This document shows positions 36,599 to 39,907 of a DNA stretch of 39,907 bases, piece by piece; position 1 is the first letter of the stretch, and every line of letters starts with the position of its first letter. Location of the stretch: the NCBI GenBank assembly GCA_002413705.1, contig DHXN01000013.1:12709-52615 (forward strand), in the 5' to 3' direction. The notes under the pieces are model-generated. The model searched no databases, had not been told where the DNA came from, and saw only the letters and a list, made by a program, of their open reading frames with translations. The position numbers and the translations under genes were made by a program. Origin of the DNA: Candidatus Nomurabacteria bacterium UBA5155 (lineage in GTDB: Bacteria; Patescibacteriota; Minisyncoccia; Phycocordibacterales; UBA9973).

Positions 36599-36745
36599 AT
36601 GCTTCAATCTATTGCAGCGCTGAGAGTTTTCCAAGGAGAAAGAACAGCAATTAACTTAATTGGATTTATGTTAAGAAATCCACATATTCCATTAAGGAAT
36701 TCAAACAGAATCCGCAACAAACGAAATAGAGATAGGTATACATAA
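36599..36745 (+). CDS. 48-aa basic small protein (candidate)
   Basis: MLQSIAALRVFQGERTAINLIGFMLRNPHIPLRNSNRIRNKRNRDRYT; TATAGT upstream, terminator immediately downstream. Confidence 0.45.
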   Translation: MLQSIAALRVFQGERTAINLIGFMLRNPHIPLRNSNRIRNKRNRDRYT

Positions 36746-36750
36746 AACAA

Positions 36751-36779
36751 AAAAACGTTTCCCGATGGGAAACGTTTTT
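36751..36779. terminator. Bidirectional terminator
   Basis: AAAAACGTTTCCC-gat-GGGAAACGTTTTT. Confidence 0.75.
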
Positions 36780-37023
36780 ATTTCAATACACCAGCTGTTC
36801 GGAGGGCATTGTATGCACCGTTCTTTTGGATAGTGCGCATACCTTTGGTTGAAACAGTCAGCACGAGCGTTTTGTCGATTTCAGGCACATACACACGCTT
36901 TTTTTGCAGGTTTGCATACTTGCGGTGGTTACCGGTTGGAGTAAATACAGTCGCACGAGTACGATTGGCGTATTTACCGCCGACCTGAGATGTCTTTTGA
37001 GTTATTGCACAAGCTTTTGCCAT
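36778..37023 (-). CDS. rpmB: 50S ribosomal protein L28
   Basis: MAKAC.IT.K..., ANLQKKR, VSTKGMRTI.KNG. Confidence 0.9.
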   Translation of the reverse strand: MAKACAITQKTSQVGGKYANRTRATVFTPTGNHRKYANLQKKRVYVPEIDKTLVLTVSTKGMRTIQKNGAYNALRTAGVLK

Positions 37024-37055
37024 AGTGTCCGTATGGTATCATAGGGTTATATTGT

Positions 37056-38006
37056 ATGCAACCACTTGCCGCCATTTCTCCTCTCGTACCACTGATCCTG
37101 CTTTTTGCCACTGTGCTTATTTTCCTGCGAATTCCTCTTGTTAAGCAGCTATTAATATTGCCGTACAAGGCTCTCTATTGGCTTGTCACCCCCAGTGCAT
37201 TGTTTAAAAAAAATCAAAACTGGAGTGTGGTATATGATGCAAAGACCAAACTACCCATTGATCCGGCATATATTATTGTGCGAAATACGCTGGGCGTGGA
37301 GGTCAGTACAATGATCAGTGATCTCAATGGTCGTTTTACACTTATTTTGCCACGAGGTCTCTATACTATTGATGTGCAGAAAACAAATTACGCTTTTCCA
37401 GCTTTTTCTCTTCACAGTGCGCGCACCGATGGTCCATATACAGGGTTATATTATGGTGAAACCATTGAAGTGGTTGATAGTGAACGGTCAATTGCCATTG
37501 CAATACCTATGGATCCTATTGCTAAAGATTGGAATCAATCTGAAAAACGACGTCATCATATATTTTTGCATTTTATAAAAGAATCCGAGTTTGACATCGC
37601 TGAAATTGTCTATCTTTTGATAGGAGCATTTTTCCTCATAGTTCATTGTTACTATCATTATAATGAGACTTTTTATGGAGGGCTTGGCATAGCGTATGTT
37701 GCTGTCGCTCTGGCAATACTGTTTTGGTACATATTTGAACCAAAACATTATTCTCAAAGTATCGTCATTGATAGAAAAACAAAGCAACCTGTTGCTTTTG
37801 CGCGAATAACTGTTTTTACCGCTAAAGATGTTCAAATACTGCAAAAAATAACTTCTTTTGAAGGTCAATTCACTTGTTTGGTACCAAAAGGTAAATATTA
37901 CATCACTATTGAACGTCGTGAAGATGATGGCAGCTATGTACTGGCGCATACCTCCTCTATTTTTCATGTGTATAATGGGACAATAGATCGGCGCTTTATG
38001 CTGTAA
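37056..38006 (+). CDS. Membrane protein with two carboxypeptidase-regulatory-like domains
   Basis: VYDAKTKLPID..SDLNGRF..GLYTI and IDRKTKQPV..TSFEGQF..GKYYI separated by TM helices. Confidence 0.7.
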   Translation: MQPLAAISPLVPLILLFATVLIFLRIPLVKQLLILPYKALYWLVTPSALFKKNQNWSVVYDAKTKLPIDPAYIIVRNTLGVEVSTMISDLNGRFTLILPRGLYTIDVQKTNYAFPAFSLHSARTDGPYTGLYYGETIEVVDSERSIAIAIPMDPIAKDWNQSEKRRHHIFLHFIKESEFDIAEIVYLLIGAFFLIVHCYYHYNETFYGGLGIAYVAVALAILFWYIFEPKHYSQSIVIDRKTKQPVAFARITVFTAKDVQILQKITSFEGQFTCLVPKGKYYITIERREDDGSYVLAHTSSIFHVYNGTIDRRFML

Positions 38007-38037
38007 CCCTTGTCAGGGGTGATATACTGTTGGACAC

Positions 38038-38667
38038 ATGATAACTACAACCTCAATTTTTTATTTTGTCGTCCTGATATTCTCTATTATTGTTCACGAG
38101 GTAGCGCATGGCTTGATCGCGGAGCGAGAGGGGGATCCAACAGCTCGAAATCTTGGTCGCATTACACTAAATCCCTTGAAACATATAGACTGGATCGGAT
38201 CGGTCGTATTGCCTTTGGTGTTGATTCTTTCTGGTACTAATTTTCTGGTCGGTTGGGCGAAACCGGTACCGTATGACCCTAATAAACTACACAATGGTCG
38301 CATCAGCGAGGCCAAAGTGTCTATTGCCGGTATTGTGGTAAATCTAACGATTGCCGTCTTTTTTGGCTTAATGATTCGCGTAGCGGTGGTATTCCATTAT
38401 GGAACTATCGCCCTCATTGATGGTGCAAGCATTATTGTGCTGATAAATGTCATTTTGGCCTTATTTAATAGTATTCCTCTGGCTCCACTTGATGGATTTC
38501 GATTTTTAAACGCTGTGTTGCCAATTCGAGCTCTGCCAACTATGCGTGTTATAGAACGCTTCAGTTTACCGCTGTTGCTCTTATTTATAATCTTTGGCTG
38601 GAGTTTTGTTGCACCGCTAGCTTTCGGCGTGTTCCATCTATTTACGGGGATAATGGTTCCAATCTAA
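38038..38667 (+). CDS. Site-2 protease (M50 family)
   Basis: HEVAHG, TLNPLKHID, GWAKPVP, FNSIPLAPLDG. Confidence 0.92.
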   Translation: MITTTSIFYFVVLIFSIIVHEVAHGLIAEREGDPTARNLGRITLNPLKHIDWIGSVVLPLVLILSGTNFLVGWAKPVPYDPNKLHNGRISEAKVSIAGIVVNLTIAVFFGLMIRVAVVFHYGTIALIDGASIIVLINVILALFNSIPLAPLDGFRFLNAVLPIRALPTMRVIERFSLPLLLLFIIFGWSFVAPLAFGVFHLFTGIMVPI

Positions 38668-38706
38668 ACTTGCCTATTTTCCTTCAATGTAGTAGCATAG
38701 CGGGAC

Positions 38707-39126
38707 ATGGCTACGTTTAATCAGCTAATCAAAACACCACGAAAAAATGTAACTCGCAAAACAAAGGCGGTTGCACTTTCACGTGGCATGAACCACATTC
38801 ATAACAAACCAATTTTTTACCCGTCTCCTTTCAAGCGCGGCGTATGTACAAAAGTAACGACTACTACTCCAAAAAAGCCGAACTCAGCGGTTCGTAAAAT
38901 TGCTCGTATCCGTCTTACCAATGGTATGGAAGTAACTGCATACATTCCCGGTGAAGGTCACAATCTCCAGGAACACTCTGTGGTAATGATCCGCGGTGGA
39001 CGTGTGAAAGACTTGATCGGTGTGCGTTATCACGTTGTGCGTGGTGTGCTCGATACTCAGGGTATTGAAAAGCGTCGCAAGAGTCGCTCACTATACGGAA
39101 CTAAGCTGCCAAAAGCTAAAAAATAG
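38707..39126 (+). CDS. rpsL: 30S ribosomal protein S12
   Basis: [27 protein letters not shown]. Confidence 0.98.
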   Translation: MATFNQLIKTPRKNVTRKTKAVALSRGMNHIHNKPIFYPSPFKRGVCTKVTTTTPKKPNSAVRKIARIRLTNGMEVTAYIPGEGHNLQEHSVVMIRGGRVKDLIGVRYHVVRGVLDTQGIEKRRKSRSLYGTKLPKAKK

Positions 39127-39148
39127 CACGAAGGAATAATTTATATAT

Positions 39149-39622
39149 ATGCGAAGAAAAGTAACAAATCGAAATATGGTTAAGCCAGACATCAAGTACG
39201 GATCAGAACGTCTTGAGAAGTTTATTAACTCCATTATGCAAGATGGCAAGAAAAACACCGCACGTACTATCGTGTATGGTGCTCTTGACCTTATAAAGGA
39301 AAAAGACACTACTGTAGAAGACGCACTTGAAGTGTTTGAAAACGCTATCAAAAATGCCGGTCCTCTTGTTGAAGTTCGTTCACGCCGTATCGGTGGTGCC
39401 AACTACCAAGTGCCTCGCGAAGTTCGCGCAGAACGTCGCAATGCTCTGGCTATGCGTTGGATCATTGATGCAACTCGTAACCGAAAAGGCGTAAAAACCG
39501 CTGTTGCTCTTGCTGACGAACTCTCTCTAGCAGCAAAAAATGAAGGAAATGCTGTGAAGAAAAAGAAAGATACTCACAAAATGGCAGAATCAAACAAAGC
39601 TTTTGCTCACTTTGCTTGGTAA
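39149..39622 (+). CDS. rpsG: 30S ribosomal protein S7
   Basis: DGKK..A, SRRIGGANYQVP, HKMAESNKAFAHF. Confidence 0.98.
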   Translation: MRRKVTNRNMVKPDIKYGSERLEKFINSIMQDGKKNTARTIVYGALDLIKEKDTTVEDALEVFENAIKNAGPLVEVRSRRIGGANYQVPREVRAERRNALAMRWIIDATRNRKGVKTAVALADELSLAAKNEGNAVKKKKDTHKMAESNKAFAHFAW

Positions 39623-39651
39623 CAAAAAATCCCCGATGGGGATTTTTTGTT
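39621..39651 (+). terminator. Intrinsic terminator between rpsG and fusA
   Basis: AACAAAAAATCCCC-gat-GGGGATTTTTTGTT. Confidence 0.75.
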
Positions 39652-39655
39652 TCTA

Positions 39656-39684
39656 TTGCAAAAACTGCCCTTTGGCTCTATAGT
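39656..39684 (+). promoter_or_regulatory. Sigma70-type promoter for fusA
   Basis: TTGCAA-17bp-TATAGT. Confidence 0.6.
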
Positions 39685-39746
39685 ATGTGAACCTTTCCGC
39701 CCCTTGGCGGATTATTAATTAAGCATAAAACACAACAGATATTATT

Positions 39747-39907
39747 ATGGAACGAGAATTTTCCCTCGAAAAAACAAGAAACTTTGGAATTATCGCGCAT
39801 ATTGATGCCGGTAAGACCACCACTTCAGAGCGTGTACTTTTCTACACTGGTATGAGTCACAAGATCGGTGAAGTACACGATGGTGAGACTACTACTGACT
39901 GGATGGA
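39747..39907 (+). CDS. fusA: Elongation factor G, 5' end (runs off the window)
   Basis: [43 protein letters not shown]. Confidence 0.97.
   Translation, partial: MEREFSLEKTRNFGIIAHIDAGKTTTSERVLFYTGMSHKIGEVHDGETTTDWM

Noticed and set aside
1-39907. Alternative genetic code (TGA = Gly, code 25)
   Set aside because: Conserved genes are full length under code 11 and TGA acts as a stop (e.g. rnhA, NUDIX).

Overview
Bacterial chromosome segment, standard genetic code. Gene content and style point to Patescibacteria/CPR, probably Parcubacteria (inference): compact housekeeping genes, trigger factor lacking its PPIase domain, a solitary VirD4/TraG-like ATPase, split ComEC, WxxNxGWI-repeat secreted proteins, and few Shine-Dalgarno sites. 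The core backbone is yraN, hup, rny-clpP-tig, ppa-nusA, tpiA-pgk, recJ-rnhA-comEC, sod, rpmB and rpsL-rpsG-fusA (partial), plus tRNA-Pro(TGG), tRNA-Gly(TCC) and two parS sites at the left end. Two accessory systems stand out. (1) An integrase-free array of gene cassettes downstream of tRNA-Gly (about 2.0-8.8 kb) carries two GNATs, a tail-fibre-like protein with a peptidoglycan-binding partner, a Fic protein, an APH(4)-like kinase and an orphan. Its cassettes are separated by composite junctions built from tRNA T-arm/3'-end remnants in both orientations plus recurring short motifs, and similar remnants recur near 26.8-27.5 kb. (2) A five-gene secreted-protein operon (21.7-25.6 kb) contains three paralogues sharing a roughly 115-aa N-terminal module with different C-terminal domains, a candidate surface fibre/adhesin system. 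All calls are from reading the sequence and motifs; no database searches were run.
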